Source: Chiloscyllium plagiosum (taxonomy: Eukaryota). Taken from it: a stretch of 62,000 bases of DNA. Below, piece by piece: positions 13,180-26,418 of the stretch. Positions within the stretch are counted from its first letter, which is position 1. The number at the start of each line of letters is the position of its first letter. The position numbers and the translations under genes are program-made. The stretch is taken from NCBI RefSeq assembly GCF_004010195.1, contig NC_057751.1, positions 12,820,014-12,882,013 on the forward strand. Direction: 5' to 3'. The notes beneath the pieces are model-generated. The model was not told where the DNA came from. It searched no databases and worked only from the letters and a program-made list of their open reading frames with translations.

Positions 13180-14055
13180 GAGCAGAAATCCAAGGCTGAA
13201 TCACCTGTGCCCTAACTGAGGAAATGCCACACTGTCAGAATGAATGAAACATTAATCCATGGAACTGTCTCAATTTTGGGAAAGCAAATCTTATCAGGAC
13301 TTATACACTTAATGGTAAGGTCCTCGGGAGTGTTGCTGAACAAAAAGACTTTGGAGTGCAGATTCATAGCTCCTTGAAAGTGGAGTCGCAGGTATATAGG
13401 ATAGTGAAGAAGGCATTTGGTATGCTTTCCTTTATTGGTCAGAGTATTGAGTACAGGAGTTGGGAGGTCATGTTGCGGCTGTACAGGACATTGGTTAGGC
13501 CACTGTTGTTTCCCTGGGGTCGGGGAGTCCAAAACTAAACGGCATAAGTTTAAGGTGAGGGGGGAAAGATATAAAAGAGACCTAAGGGGCAAATTTTCAC
13601 GCAGAGGGTGGTATGTGAATGGAATGAGCTGCCAGAGGATGTGGTGGAGGCTGGTACAATTGCAACATTTAAGAGGTATTTGGATGGGTATATGAATAGG
13701 AAGGGTTTGGAGGGATATAGGCCGGGTTCTGGCAGGTGGGACTAGATTGGGTTGGGATATCTGGTCGGCGTGGACAGGTTGGACCGAAGGGTCTGTTTCC
13801 GTGCTGTACATCTCTACGACTCTATTACTCTAATTCCATGTAATCAATTCCATGGCACTATTTCAAAAAAGAGCAATGGAGTTAACTCCATTGTCCTGGT
13901 CGATAATTATGAAGATCACAAAAACAGACTGGTCATTCTCATCTGCCTGTTTGTGGGAGCTTGTTGGACCCAAATGAACTGCTGTGTTTCCTAGATAACA
14001 GCACTGACAGACTTCAAAAGGACTTCACAGGCTGTAAAGGACCTTTCAGGTGTTT
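13180..14055 (+). mobile_element. Deu-domain SINE interrupted by a CR1 insertion
   Basis: 5' part CTGAGGAAATGCCACACTGTCAGA (about 13215-13240); 3' part CCATGGCACTATTTCAAAAAAGAGCA...TTTGTGGGAGCTTG...GGCTGTAAAG (13850-14040). Confidence 0.7.
13275..13830 (+). mobile_element. CR1/HER1 LINE 3' fragment with an internal deletion of about 225 bp
   Basis: Encodes HSSLKVESQV..IVKKAFGMLSFIGQSIEYRSWEVMLRLYRTLVRP; nearly identical to 21276-22050 apart from the deletion near 13508. Confidence 0.93.
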
Positions 14056-14171
14056 TAATGATAGAAACGTCAACCAAAGAGACCTGCTCCTTATCGGTAC
14101 TAACAGTTGTGTTTCTGTTTGTGAATACAGTTAATCTCAACTTTAAGAAATCCACAGTTAACAGCATAACA

Positions 14172-14581
14172 GCATGACCATAGCAACACGACGGTTGGAG
14201 GAAGAGTGCCTCATCTTCCGCCTAGGAACCCTCCAACCACAAGGGATGAACTCAGATTTCTCTAGTTTCCTCATTTCCCCTCCCCCCACCTTGTCTCAGT
14301 CAAATCCCTCGAACTCAGCACCGCCTTCCTAACCTGCAATCTTCTTCCTGACCTCTCCGCCCCCACCCCACTCCGGCCTATCACCCTCACCTTGACCTCC
14401 TTCCACCTATCGCATTTCCAACGCCCCTCCCTCAAGTCCGTTCTCCCTACCCTTTATCTTAGCCTGCTGGACACACTTTCCTCATTCCTGAAGAAGGGTT
14501 TATGCCCGAAACATCAATTCTCCTGTTCCGTGGATGCTGCCTGACCTGCTGCGCTTTTCCAGCAACACATTTTCAGCTATT
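14172..14581 (+). mobile_element. Penelope-like element 3' fragment with a 9-bp target-site duplication
   Basis: Encodes TRRLEEECLIFRLGTLQPQGMNSDFSSF, then a pyrimidine-rich UTR and CTGAAGAAGGG...CCCGAAAC. Flanked by AGCATAACA at 14163-14171 and 14582-14590. Confidence 0.85.
14488..14520 (+). ncRNA. Minimal hammerhead-ribozyme-like motif in a Penelope terminal repeat
   Basis: CUGAAGA, stem GGG/CCC with a UUUAUG loop, then GAAAC. Penelope-like elements are known to carry minimal hammerheads; activity of this copy is unknown. Confidence 0.55.
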
Positions 14582-16074
14582 AGCATAACAAGCCTCACAC
14601 ATGAAAGATGGAACTTGACACAAGCATTAATGAATGAATAAGTGTAACTGCAACCCAGTTATACAAAATTGAGATAATAAAAAAAACAGATAAAATGCTT
14701 TTGTCGGGGAACATAAATATTCATAAGTGTAGAAAAAGCTGTGCTTGCTAAATTCATTCATACTTCATGAGATGGAACTCAATCATTCAAATGAAACAGA
14801 TTGGTTGTTATTTAAGATAATGAGATCCCCAATCCAAGTGAAATGAGTGTGGGTGGTATGCCATTATAAAATGTTCTTGTGAGACATCCTTTGTGTTTTT
14901 GCACATAAGTCATGTTCTCAGAACGTGAGGTTCTAATAAAGCGGGATTAGGAAAATGCTGACAGCAATCTAAGGCAGGAATCCTGTTGCAACTCATGGCA
15001 AAATCTGACCAGGCAGCCCTCTGCAGATTCACATTATATTTGTTACCTTTGAATAATTTTGGAAACCGTAATGTGACGGTTAAGTATCCAGAGTGTTGGT
15101 TCCAAGCCTGGTTTACTTAGAATCTCTATTGCATTCTGCAGTCCATCATTATCTATGACATCACAGGCAAAAGATAAATGGTTTCATTTTCCTTACTCGC
15201 TGTATATTAATTTTTAATTTTTCTCTTCTTCAGAAAATCAAACCCTTTCTGAATCATGCTCCGTACAAGATTTTTTAATGACCAAGCTTACTTTGCCTTC
15301 TCACCACAACTTCAGTGTCTTCTCCCAAGAATCCTAAGCTTCTCCCAATATGGGAATGTGGTGATTACGTTCCTGAACTCATCATCCAAAAAACTCAAGT
15401 CCAAATCCTAAAAGTCTGAGAGTTTTCAATTCAATTTAAATACAAATTTGGAATTCAAATATCATAAAGAAAAGGGACAATATATCCAACCCCAATGTGG
15501 TGACTGACTCTTCCCTTGCATTTGAAATGGTCCAGTGAAAACCCCATTTGTATCAAATCACTGCAAAAGACTTACTGCTGTCGTCTCCAGGGTAACTTGG
15601 AATGGGCATGAAATGCTGGCCTTACCAATGAATTCCATGGCCTGTCTGAGGCTGAATGAGAACGAAGATGTGAACTTTAATTCCAAGATGTAACAGTTCA
15701 GTCCTTTGACCAAGTAACCCAAAATCAAGCCTGCTCGAGGCTTCTAAAGGATTTTCACCAGAGCTTCACAAGAAGATAGGTGTAGTTATCTGGTGACATT
15801 CTCCAACATCACCAGCTCAATGCCAAAGTGTCTGTGATAACATTCCAGGATAACAAGCAGCCCCCAACTATTTGGCAATCAGAATATTTCAATATTGCAT
15901 GATGTTTCTCTCGCTAGAAGATGTTGTCTTGTATAGCTTGTCTGAGGGCATACTCCTGTACTTTGCAGGTCATGCATACGTTTGCATTAGGGACTGCAAT
16001 GCTTCTTAGAGAACCTTTAATTGTCTGAGTATGTGGGAAAGAAAGACCTTGCCTTGCCATTATGCTATTAATGA

Positions 16075-16400
16075 CTTCAGGACGCCCCAGAACCAGTTGA
16101 GTACTTATTGTTGTAAAATAGCAGCTAATTTGTGCACAGCAAACTCCAAAACAACAATGTAATAACAACTTGATAACCTGAGTTTGTGCTGCTGATATGT
16201 ATTGGTCAGGACAACAGACAGAGCTTCCCTTGCAAGTCTTCAAAATAGTGGGACCTCATTTAAGTTTAATGTCTGAAAGGATAATACCTCCAATAGTGCT
16301 CAACTCCCTCAGTACTGCATTAGGAGTATTGGCCTGGATCATATACTCAGATCTGTAAAACAGGAATTGAACCCAAAACCATGTGAATTAATGCTGAATG
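16075..16400 (-). mobile_element. Deu-domain SINE
   Basis: Reverse-complement Deu motifs GCTAATTTGTGCACAGCAAACTCC, CTTCAAAATAGTG and ACTCCCTCAGTACTGCA, plus B-box-like TTGAACCC. Confidence 0.7.
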
Positions 16401-16950
16401 TGTGACCATGGAGCCGTAAATGAGCAGCAAACATTACTAGTAAGGTGAAGAAACAGTGTAATAGTACGACCCCACCGTCTTGAATAGGACTTCTTAACTC
16501 TGAGGAAAGGACAACATAAAGTCACCCTCAGCTTGTTCTGTTCAGAAGGTACTGCCAGTGGATGCTTGGTCCTGTTATCTCTTTCATCTTTCAGCTGGGA
16601 ATCGATCCGTGATTGGTGGAAGAGCGTAGGGGAGGGTTGGAGGGTTTGGTCCATGGGCTAATCACAGAAACATAATATATTGGAGGACCAATGAAAAGAA
16701 ATTAGTAAGGACATGGCTATTAGGCTTTGCATCTCGAGGTCAGGGCAGGTGGAAAGCTACAAGCCTACTCCTGATCACACCTGGGAACTCATCATGTCAA
16801 TGAACCATGGGTGTGAAAACTACGCATATTGGATAGCACCTGGGACTCACTGTCATGAAGTGTCAGTAAACAATGTCAGGAAAGGATGACTCCCAGAGCC
16901 TGTGTGCCTCCCTCTGTCTGTGTCCAAGCTTCAGTCTCTCAGAAATCAGG

Positions 16951-16969
16951 ACAGAGAGAGAGAGAGAGA
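16951..16969. repeat. (GA)n microsatellite
   Basis: Direct read. Confidence 0.85.
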
Positions 16970-19770
16970 TGGAAATTGATTAAATAAAAGCCAGGATCTT
17001 TTGAATTAAAAACAAGACAAACAAACAAAATCCCACCTCATTGGCTGACTTTCCAAACCTCCCTTTAACCACAGCCAGGAGTTCATGCCATCAAAGATAA
17101 GGAAAATTGCTAAGGTGAAAGAATATTTATTTTTTAAGAAAAATGTTGAATCAAGTCTGTTCAAATTTGCCAACAGGTCACATAGCAGGTTGCAAGAGAT
17201 TGCCTAAAATAGAAGAAAATTTAGCAAAGAATGGTCGACATAACATTGAAAGAACTGATTGGACAGTTCATAGATTGCAGCATAAAATAGAGCCCTGGAT
17301 TGAATTGCTGATGATTTGTGCTCTTGTCAGCGAGGAGAAAAAAATAAATAGCAGAAACATTTACACCTCCAGATAGAAGCTTTATCTCATTATGTGGAAT
17401 TGGAATTGCATCAAAACTCGATTTCCATCTGCAAAAAGCAATTTCCGCCTGCTCGGTTTCCACTCACATAGATGTCCTTGCAACTTGTCCTCTCCTAATT
17501 CTTCACAAGCATGCATCCCTCCATTCAGTAGCTGGTACATAATAGATAGCATTTCATTGCTGTGAGAGCCACAGAGTAAAATATAGCACAAGTCCCAGCA
17601 ATATGCTACAGCAGCTCTTCTCACAACTCATTGCCTGTACTTTACTGTCAGCCAGTGCTGTCTCATGTCAATCTGCATCTTCAGAGCTAACATTAGGAGT
17701 CATTCAGTATGTTAAAAACACTTGCATGGTACTTTCACTGTACTAAGTTTACCTAATAGGCGCTTGTAAAATATGAACTGTCCCGCCAAAACATTGAGTC
17801 AAGTTTCTGAAGGAATGACAATGAGCAGGTGGGGCTTCACAAATGGGAGTTCCAAGAATCATTGAGGATGGGAAGGAGTGAAAAAAGAGAGTACATTTAG
17901 ACAAGGAAACCCAAATGCTTGGCAGGCTATGAATAGAAAAAAACATCACATGTTTGGTATAAGTAATGGATAATATCAAGTGTTTTGGAAGATATATAAA
18001 AGAGAGTGGAGTAGTGCTTCAGAGGGTGCCAATTTCATGATGTAAGGATCTCTTGAGGTGATCTTCAAACATACAGAAGGTGGGGAGGTGCTGTCCCATC
18101 ATGCTTGCCATGATCTACACGGTTTTAAAGGTTATATAAGGCACTATGTCAGTGTGTCTTGTTGTCTTTCACGGATGCTGCAAAATGCAGTCTCAAGACG
18201 TGCTGACAGAAGAAAGACTGGAAATGGCTTCAAAGTTTGACTCAGTACTAAGCCAAACCAAACATAACGGTCCCAAACCTCATTCCTAACCCATTCTAAC
18301 TGGATAAATTTCTGTGTCAGTAACTGAAGGGAGTTTCATTGTCATTCTTGTCTTCCTGAACTTTGTACTGGGAAGGAACGAGTCTCTCCCTTATTCTTTA
18401 AAGGTCTGGAATGCCTGATAGGATGAACAAGTCTGTAGATACCGTGCTACTTTATCACTGTCAAGTTACCTGCTGAGTTTCAGTCACTTGCTGTATATCC
18501 AATTGGGTGTGTGCCAGTGGTTTGGTAGACCCCAGCCAGTGCCAGTGTTACACAGAAGCAGGAAGCCAATACATCCCATTTAACACATTCTGTTGCCTAG
18601 TTTGTGGTTTTGCAATAATCAGGCACATTGTATGACTTATTTCAGGCTTGACAAATGAAAGCATCAGCAGTCAACACGATTTGAAATAAAAATCATTGAG
18701 AACGATTGAGTCACTGAGTTTTGAATCTGAAGGGCCACTGAAGCACTCACAACACTTGGCTTGGCAAATACCGAAGATGCAGCATTCCATCACCACTTGC
18801 TTCTCATGAGCTGGCCCCGTTTACAACATAAATACATAACAATTTGCAAATGTGAACACACTGCAATATGAATCAATAGCAGTGATGTTGCTGTGCTGTG
18901 CTCACAGGAACATGGATTTCATTATCACAACCTCATTCACGCCTCATGAATTTGCACTCCTTACAGACAGACAATGCAGCCAAGTGCAAGCTGCAGAAAA
19001 ACAGATTTCCTTTGGGATTTTAACTTGAGACAGGGTAAGGGTGGGTATGGGGACCTTGGGAAAATTAATGAAACAAATGATGCAGGTCTCCAGCAGTCCA
19101 GAAAGCAGATGTTACTTCAGTATGGCATTCTGGCTAGGGATTCACCACACTCCATTCTATATCATTCGGGGGTGGGACAGGAGTGTACCTGAAATAGTTA
19201 CATTCTGGTTGACTGAGGAACTCATTAGAAAATACTGGGGAGGAAAAGATCACCATCCCTTGTCTAACATTCATAATGGGCTAAGGATTGACACAAAATA
19301 CCCCTTCCTCTCCAATCGTCCTGGAGAGATGAAAGATCTACAGGCAAGAAGTGAAATAAAATAGTCTGTAAAATTCCTCTTCAATACCTCTGTGCAGCCT
19401 TCCTTTCTGGCCAGAATATCATGTGGATTGAATGCTGATTGGGAAATTCACTTTCATAGAAACAGAGGACCACTCAGCCCCTCAAGTCTGTCCCACTATT
19501 TAATTGACCCCTTTGTGGAATACTTAAGTTCCAGGATGTGGCGGTGGGTAAAAAACAAGGAAGAACGGAAGTTATTGAACTTGATGCTGCATCCTAGAGA
19601 CTGAAGGGTCCCTAATACCAATGTAATGCAATTCTTGCGTCAGTCAAGGACAAGTTCAGCCCTGATGAAGGATCAAGATCCAGGTCTAGAGATATGACAT
19701 TGGGATGGACCTAAAATATTGTTTCGGCAAAACATGTTCCTATGGGCATCAGAGGAAAGCAGTTGTGATT

Positions 19771-19778
19771 GAGAGAGA

Positions 19779-19810
<32 letters not shown>
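19771..19810. repeat. (GA)n microsatellite
   Basis: About 20 GA units with one interruption. Confidence 0.95.
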
Positions 19811-20589
19811 CAGGGAGTGCTGCTGTTTCCTTCTAAATTGCCTCTCCTTCCAGGTCATGGTTCCATCTTTATCATTAAGGGGTCAGTCTGAAGAGCAAGA
19901 TATGGCATGGGCGATGTAATCACTGACCAGAATATAATTGAGAAACTTGGGCAAACTGAAGGATGGTGAATCTCGGTACCTCTGAAAACACTGGCATCTG
20001 GCTGGGTGATTTTCTTGGCAAAGTATTTAGGGATTGGCGATGCACATCCACAATTCCTTTCTGGGATTATGGAAGTGATTTCTGAATATCAATCATTCAA
20101 TTGATGCAAGCTGGATTGTAAATCTATCGTTAAGGAATGGGCCAAAGGAACACAAAGTCTATGATAAGCAATGCCATGAATTGGACTGCTATATAAAATT
20201 ATAATAATGAACTGACAGTCACGGTACAGGATGTTGTACATCATCGGAAGTAACTGTGTAACAAGAATAATAATTTATTTTCTGTTAATGAGCCATTTCT
20301 ATAATACATTCTGTTTAAATCAAATGGACACAATTACTTCTAAAACGCCCAGGTTTAATTTAAAAGGCATGTGATTAATTTGCTGATGATATGAAGAAGG
20401 TAATAACTTAGTGTAGGAGTGACAGTATTTTACAACATCTTAAACCAGGGACAAGAAACTGATGTCATCAAATTAGAAATCTCTCTTGAAAGACAAATGC
20501 AAAGTGCTCAGGAGACTCATGTTCTGTTTTAGCAGTGAAGGCAAAAGTAGAGGAAACTCAGAAGAAGATGCACACTGGACTCGAAACAT

Positions 20590-22370
20590 TAATAAAAACA
20601 GAAATTGTGAGCAAAATCCAGCAGCATCTGTGGAGAGAAAGCCAAGTTAACGCTTTGAGTCCAGTGACTCTTCAACAGAACTGATGGGAGCTTGGAAAAA
20701 TGGTACTTAGGATGAAGATGAGTTTGGGGAGGGGGGCACAGACGGGGGAGATGAGCAGATAGCAGGGTAGAGATGGAGGCCAGGGTGAGAGACATATGAA
20801 AGGGGTAGGAAGACAAAGGGATTAGTCATATTCAACCAAGACAGGAAAGAAGATGAATAAGAGATAATGAAAGCTGGGTGTAGGAGAGAAAGGGTTGGTT
20901 TTGCTTAAGACAACCCATGTAATAGGACAATTGGACTGAGAGTGAGTAAGAATGGGTAGGCTGTGCTGAAAGCAAATCACATCATGACAGGAGCAGGGTG
21001 TAGTGGTGGGTAAAAAACATGGAAGAATGGAATCAGGCTCGAAAGTTATTGAACTTGATGTTCTATCCTTAAGGATGCAGGGACCCCAAGCAGAAAAGAA
21101 GACGCTGTTCTTCCAGCCTGTCATGAGGCTCATGTGATCACTGCACCAAGCCCAAGACCAAAATGTTAGTGTGGCGTGTTGAAGTGCCAGGCGACTAGGA
21201 TCTCAAGGACATTTTTCTGGACAAAAGTTAGATATTCTGTCAAGTGGTCACCCGTTCTGTGTTTCATCTTTTCAGGGAAAGCAAATCTTAGCAGGACTTA
21301 TACATTTAATGGTAAGGTCCCAGAGAGTGTTGCTGAACAAAGAGACTTTGGAGTGCAGGTTCATAGCTCCTTGAAAGTGGAGTCGCAGGTAGATAGGATA
21401 GTGAAGAAGGCATTTGGTATGCTTTCCTTTATTGGTCAGAGTATTGAGTACAGGAGTTGGGAGGTCATGTTGAGACTATACAGGGCATTGGTTAGGCCAC
21501 TTTTGGAATGTTGCGTGCAATTCTGGTCTCCTTCCTATCAGAAAGATATTGTGAAACTTGAAAGGGTTCAGAAAAATTTTACAAGGATGTTGCCAGGGTT
21601 GGAGGATTTGAGCTGTATGGAGATATTAAACAGGCTGCGGCTGTTTTCTCTGGAGTGTCGGAGGCTGAGGGGTAACTTACAGATATTTATAAAATCGTAA
21701 GGGGCATGGATAGGATAAATAGACAAAGTCTTTTCCCTGGGGTGGGACAGTCCAGAACTAGAGAGCATAGGTTTAGGGTGAGAGAGGAAAGATATAAAAG
21801 AGATCTAAGGAGCAACGTTTTAATGCAGAAAGTGGTTCGTGTATGGAATGAGCTGCCAGAGGAAGTGGTGGAGGCAAGTACGATTGCAACAGTTAAAAGA
21901 CATGTGGATGGATCTATGAAGTGGAAGGGTTTGGAGGGATGTGGGCTGGGTGCTGGCAGGTGGGACTAGATTGGGTTAGGATATCTGGTTGGCATAGACG
22001 AGTTGGACTGAACGGTCTGTTTCTGTGCTGTACATCTCTCTGTTTCTATGTACCAGAGACCACATTGTGAACAGTGAATACAGGAACCTAGATTGGTGAG
22101 GTGCAGCTAAAGCACTGCTTCATCTGGAAGGTGTGTTTGGATTTTTGGAAACTGAGGAGGGAGAAAGGAAACAGGCAGGTGTTACATCTTCTGTGGTTGC
22201 AGGGGAAGGTGCTAGGGGGCTATGGGGAGATGTTGGGAGTGGAAGAGGAGTGGACCAAGTTGTCCTGGAAGGAACAGTCACTGTGGAAGGTGGACAAAAG
22301 AGAGGGGAAGGAAATATATGTCTGGTCATGGTATGCTACTGAAAGTGACAGAAATGGAGGCTTTTAATTC
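20590..22370 (-). mobile_element. Decayed Penelope-like element split by a CR1 insertion
   Basis: AAGTTATTGAACTTGATG is the reverse complement of the NI.FNNF terminus; the GIY-YIG region resumes at 22051; terminal repeat at 20590-20690. Confidence 0.8.
21276..22050 (+). mobile_element. CR1/HER1 LINE 3' fragment (about 775 bp)
   Basis: ORFs 21176-21700 (LYRALVRPLLECCVQFWSP...LERVQKNFTRMLPGL) and 21706-21969 (VVRVWNELPEEVVEA), followed by the CR1 tail. Confidence 0.95.
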
Positions 22371-22479
22371 TTTGGATGCAAAGTGTGGTGGGTGGTCACC
22401 TTGTCAGGCTTTGTATACCAAAGTTCATTCAAAACTCTGCTTTGCCTATCCAGAGTCGTTCCAAAGCCCATTCAACCAT

Positions 22480-22900
22480 GACTTTGCTGCATGTTGATCT
22501 TCAGGGATTCTGATCAATCAATGTTTCTGTTTTAAAATTCATATCTTTGCATTCAAATCCTTCCATGTCTTTCCTCTCCCTATTTGTAAAGCTCAGCCAG
22601 CCCGACAAATCTCTGGGGAATTGATTTGTCATTAAACCTGGCCTCTTGCACATTTGCCAGTTCCTTTCCCCAATGATTGGGCAGCTTTGTATTCAGCTTT
22701 CCAAGCTGTAACAACTATCCCGAACCCTAATTCTGTGTCAAAACTTCTCCCCACTCCATCTCTTCCCTTCAAAGAACCTCACTAAAACCTTACCTAGCTT
22801 TTAATTACCTGGAAAATGTCTTGTTCTATGATTTTCTATCAGTTGGAATCAATTGGCACTCCTGTGTAGAGCCTGGAATTAATTTACTAGGTGAAAAGGC
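22480..22900 (+). mobile_element. Old L2-type LINE 3' end
   Basis: TTTAAAATTCATATCTTTGCATTCAAATCCTTCCATG reads as FKI..L.FKS.H; reverse-complement match to 61190-61570. Confidence 0.55.
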
Positions 22901-24039
22901 ACAGTATTTTGCTGCAGATTTAATGTAGTAACACATTATCAATGAATTGAGGAGATATTTCAAAAATCTGCCAAGTTGATTTTATTACAGAAATAGAAGA
23001 CAATGCTGATCTAACAAGTAAGCGTATTTCATATCTTTAACGGGTACAAGGTTAAAAAAAAAGGAACCTGTGCTCAGCAGTAGGTAGTAGTGGACTTAAC
23101 ATGGATTCAAGGGGGACAAACTGACTTAATTACTGCCAGAACACTGCTAACTGGGAAAATATAGTTTGCTTGCATATTCTGAGAGGCCTTTGGCAAAGTT
23201 GTGCTTGAAAAAGTATGTATTAATCAGAAAGCAGATCGGCTCACTGCATTCACAATGACGTCAGATTGTTAGTCCTGAAACAGCTGAAGTTGCTCCCATG
23301 TTCTCTATCTCTCGATGTCAGAGTTAGGATGAGACACTGTGTCTCACAAGCTAGTTATTAAAGATAATGTCAGTTTCCAGGAATAGCTCATTCATTGAAA
23401 GATGAGCAACACTGTTAGATTTACAGCATGTATTTAAAATTCTAAATATAAGGATCAAAAGAGCAGCCATGGGCTGTCACGATTGTAAAATATTGAGAGT
23501 GCTCTGGGATTACCTCAGTCAGAGTTTTGGTTATGAATGAACTGTATTAGTGACATTGTAATGAAGGGTTATAACTGGCACCTGAATGGATCTCCTCTTT
23601 CATGTCTTATATGACTCCAGCTAGCTTTACCAAGTGAGTATTGTACCGTGCAATGGGTTTTATTTCATGTGGATGATGTCATTTAGGTGTAATCAGTTTT
23701 AGGTGAGGTCTGTTAAATGTTGAACATTGCATGAAGAAGAAAGGCTATTTGAATTGTCATTCTCATGAAGCTGAAGATGTAAAGGCTCAATACAAAGAAG
23801 AGTGAATACATTTGGCTATGTACAAGCTCTTTCACATATTCTAAGCCCAAAGAAGTGCAGCAGTTTGGTGAACTGCTGGAATGTGAGCTGTCACCTCTGC
23901 TACCACCACCATGCTCACTGATATCCCACCTCCTGTCCCTGTCCTCACTCACCCTCCTCAGTGCTGCCTTTGACTTGCCAGCTGCAGACAAACAAGGGCC
24001 CAAAGGCAGTGATGCTGTCCCTGAGCCTTCAAGATTTTC

Positions 24040-25030
24040 GAAGGACTAGCATCCTCCTAAAAGCCCAGAATTCTACACAATACTCCAGCTGAGGCTGAAC
24101 TGGTGTTTTGGAAAGCTCTCACAAAATTTCCTTGCTCTTGAACTCAAAGCAACACTTAATAAACCCCAGATCTTGCCACCTTCCAAGATTTGTGCATATA
24201 CATCCCAGATACTTCTGTTTTTGCCTATTCCTTCAAATTGTATAAATCTGTTTAGGTCACACCTTCTTACTATTCCACCTTAAGTACTTCAAACTTGTCT
24301 GTGTTCAACTTCATCTGCCACTTGTCTGCCCATTTCACTTGTCTATGTCCTCTTGAATCCGTCAGTTTTCTCATTATTGTTTATGACAATTCTGAGTCAT
24401 GTGTCCTCTTCAAACTTTGCAGGTTTCTCCTGTATTTCCAAGTGCAGGTCAAAAATTTGCAATTGAAAGGGCAGTTGTCTTAATAGCAAGGGACCAAACT
24501 GTACACTATCTTCCAGTCTGGTGAACATCTGTTCATCACAAATCCCTGCTTTCTGTCCCTGACCTCATTTCCTTACCACACTGCTATGGTCCATTTAATT
24601 CTTTGGGCTTCAGTTTTGCTACTTTATGTAGCACTTTGTCATATGCCTTTTGAAAGCCCATAAACATTACCTTCATCCAATGTTACTTCAACAAAGAACT
24701 CATTCAAGTCAGTCAAACAGACTTGAATTGAACAAATACATGCTTGCTTTTATTTAAATGTTTATGATTTTCCAAATACTAATTAATATAAAACCTGATT
24801 ATTGAGGCCGTAAATTTCCCCATCAGTGGCATTAAGTCAACTGGTCTGCAGCTACCAGCTTTATCCTTCTTCCACTGTTGAGGCACATTTGTAATTCTCC
24901 AGTCCTCTGGCACCGCTCCCATTTCCAAGGAGAGTTTAAAAAATTGTGGCCAAAATCTCTGTAATTTTCATCCCACCTTCTCTCAGTGACATGCCATCCA
25001 GCCTGGGTGACTTCCATTTTGAAGATGGCA
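24040..25030 (-). mobile_element. Heavily decayed CR1 RT fragments
   Basis: Scattered motifs TTCAACTTCATCTGCCAC, GTCATATGCCTTTTGAAAGCCCA, AAAGAACTCATTCAAG and CCAGTCCTCTGGCACC, colinear with 55766-57300. Confidence 0.65.
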
Positions 25031-25869
25031 AGATGGCTACTTCTTTGTGTTTTTCTTCTTTGTTTCAATGGTGAGGTCCAAGGCTCTTAACTAGACGAGT
25101 CAGGGAGCGAGGGTTGGCCAAGAAATAAGAAATAAATAATGCCAACCTTAGGTTTTCAATATATCTGGGTTACTGCAGTAAAAGAAGGCAGAAGGAAGTC
25201 TTTTGCAATCTTGGAAAGAACAGGTTAGTTTTTTAAAATCAACATTATCAGTATGGTATGCTTTTTTATTTGTAGGCGAGTATTCCAATACAGTAGTAAA
25301 GCAACATGCTGCCAGTTACTAACACCAGCCACTAGAGGACACCGATGATAGCTCTTGATAATTTCTTTTGTGAATGGCCTTTGTCTTTTTCCCGGGAATT
25401 GCTTGGATTGCATGGAATGTTCACCTTTCACCTACCTAGAGAGTATACGATGGATTCGTACTTTTCCCTGAAAAACAGCTAAAATGAATGAATGACATGA
25501 ATGAACGGTTTCTTGTCAATTGTTCTCGACAATGAACAAGATAGTAAAACACAGTGAAAGGCTTCAACTGTTGTCACAATCTGGCGCCATTTTGAATATT
25601 TTGAGAATAAAATGTTAAAGCTGAAATAAAATCCACCTTCATTCTGCTGCCTCCACCAAGAGTCCTGAGCTGCCTGACCAACGACCCCTCCTCCGCATTC
25701 ACCGGACGCATCAATTTCAGAGTCGCCACTCTTCAGGTGCTATGTCTTTGTCAGTGGGCTCACCTTGCTAATTCTGTGATTCTGTGATTCATGGAGCTGT
25801 TTCTGTGCAGCGGTAAATCTCTCATTCACATCCATTCAAGCTATTTATATCAAATCTGATATTGACTCT

Positions 25870-26112
25870 CCTTAAGACAGAGAGTAATGAATCTGTGGAA
25901 TTCTTTACCGCAAATGGTTGTGGAGCTGGATCAATAATTATATTCAAGGCTGACATAGATAGACTTTTAATTAGTAAGGAAATCAAGGGTTATGGGGAAA
26001 AGGTAGGAGAGAGGATTTGAGGATTAATAGATCTGTCACAGACTCACTGAGTGGTAGCACCGACTCGATGACACAAATAGCCTACTTCTTCTCGTACATC
26101 TTATGGTCTTAT
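25870..26112 (+). mobile_element. CR1 3' end
   Basis: GAATCTGTGGAATTCTTTACCGCA...GCCTACTTCTTCTCGTACATCTTATGGTCTTATGG tail. Confidence 0.8.
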
Positions 26113-26418
26113 GGTGTCAAATAACTTGAGCATCCTAGAGACCAATTCATATGAAATGGAAGTTTATCTCATTGCAGTTTCAGCATCAGACACTACACAA
26201 AATGGCCTTTTAACTCTCAAGAGCAGCAATGAAAATGAGCTCATTGATTGTGAAGAGCTTTGGATGGTCTGGAAGAAGGGTTATGCTTCTGTATAAATGC
26301 AAATTCTTTGCTGCAAGGGAAGGTTTAAACAGCATATTATCATATGGTGGCAGTGTTATGTAAATGATTTTATTTCATAGCCAGGACTGTGTTCACCTAA
26401 TCCAACAAATCACAATCT

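Noticed and set aside
16500..16660. Minus-strand ORF MDQTLQPSP... with a possible GTGACT donor
   Set aside because: No recognisable homology, weak splice signals and no partner exons.
23713..24049. Overlapping ORFs (96 aa minus, 64 aa plus)
   Set aside because: Low-complexity composition next to decayed CR1; no domain or splice support.
25482..25770. CGCCATTTT (YY1-like) motif with CpGs as a minus-strand promoter or first exon
   Set aside because: On the minus strand it runs into TGACAAGAAA and a (CATT)n tail, which looks like a retroelement 3' end.
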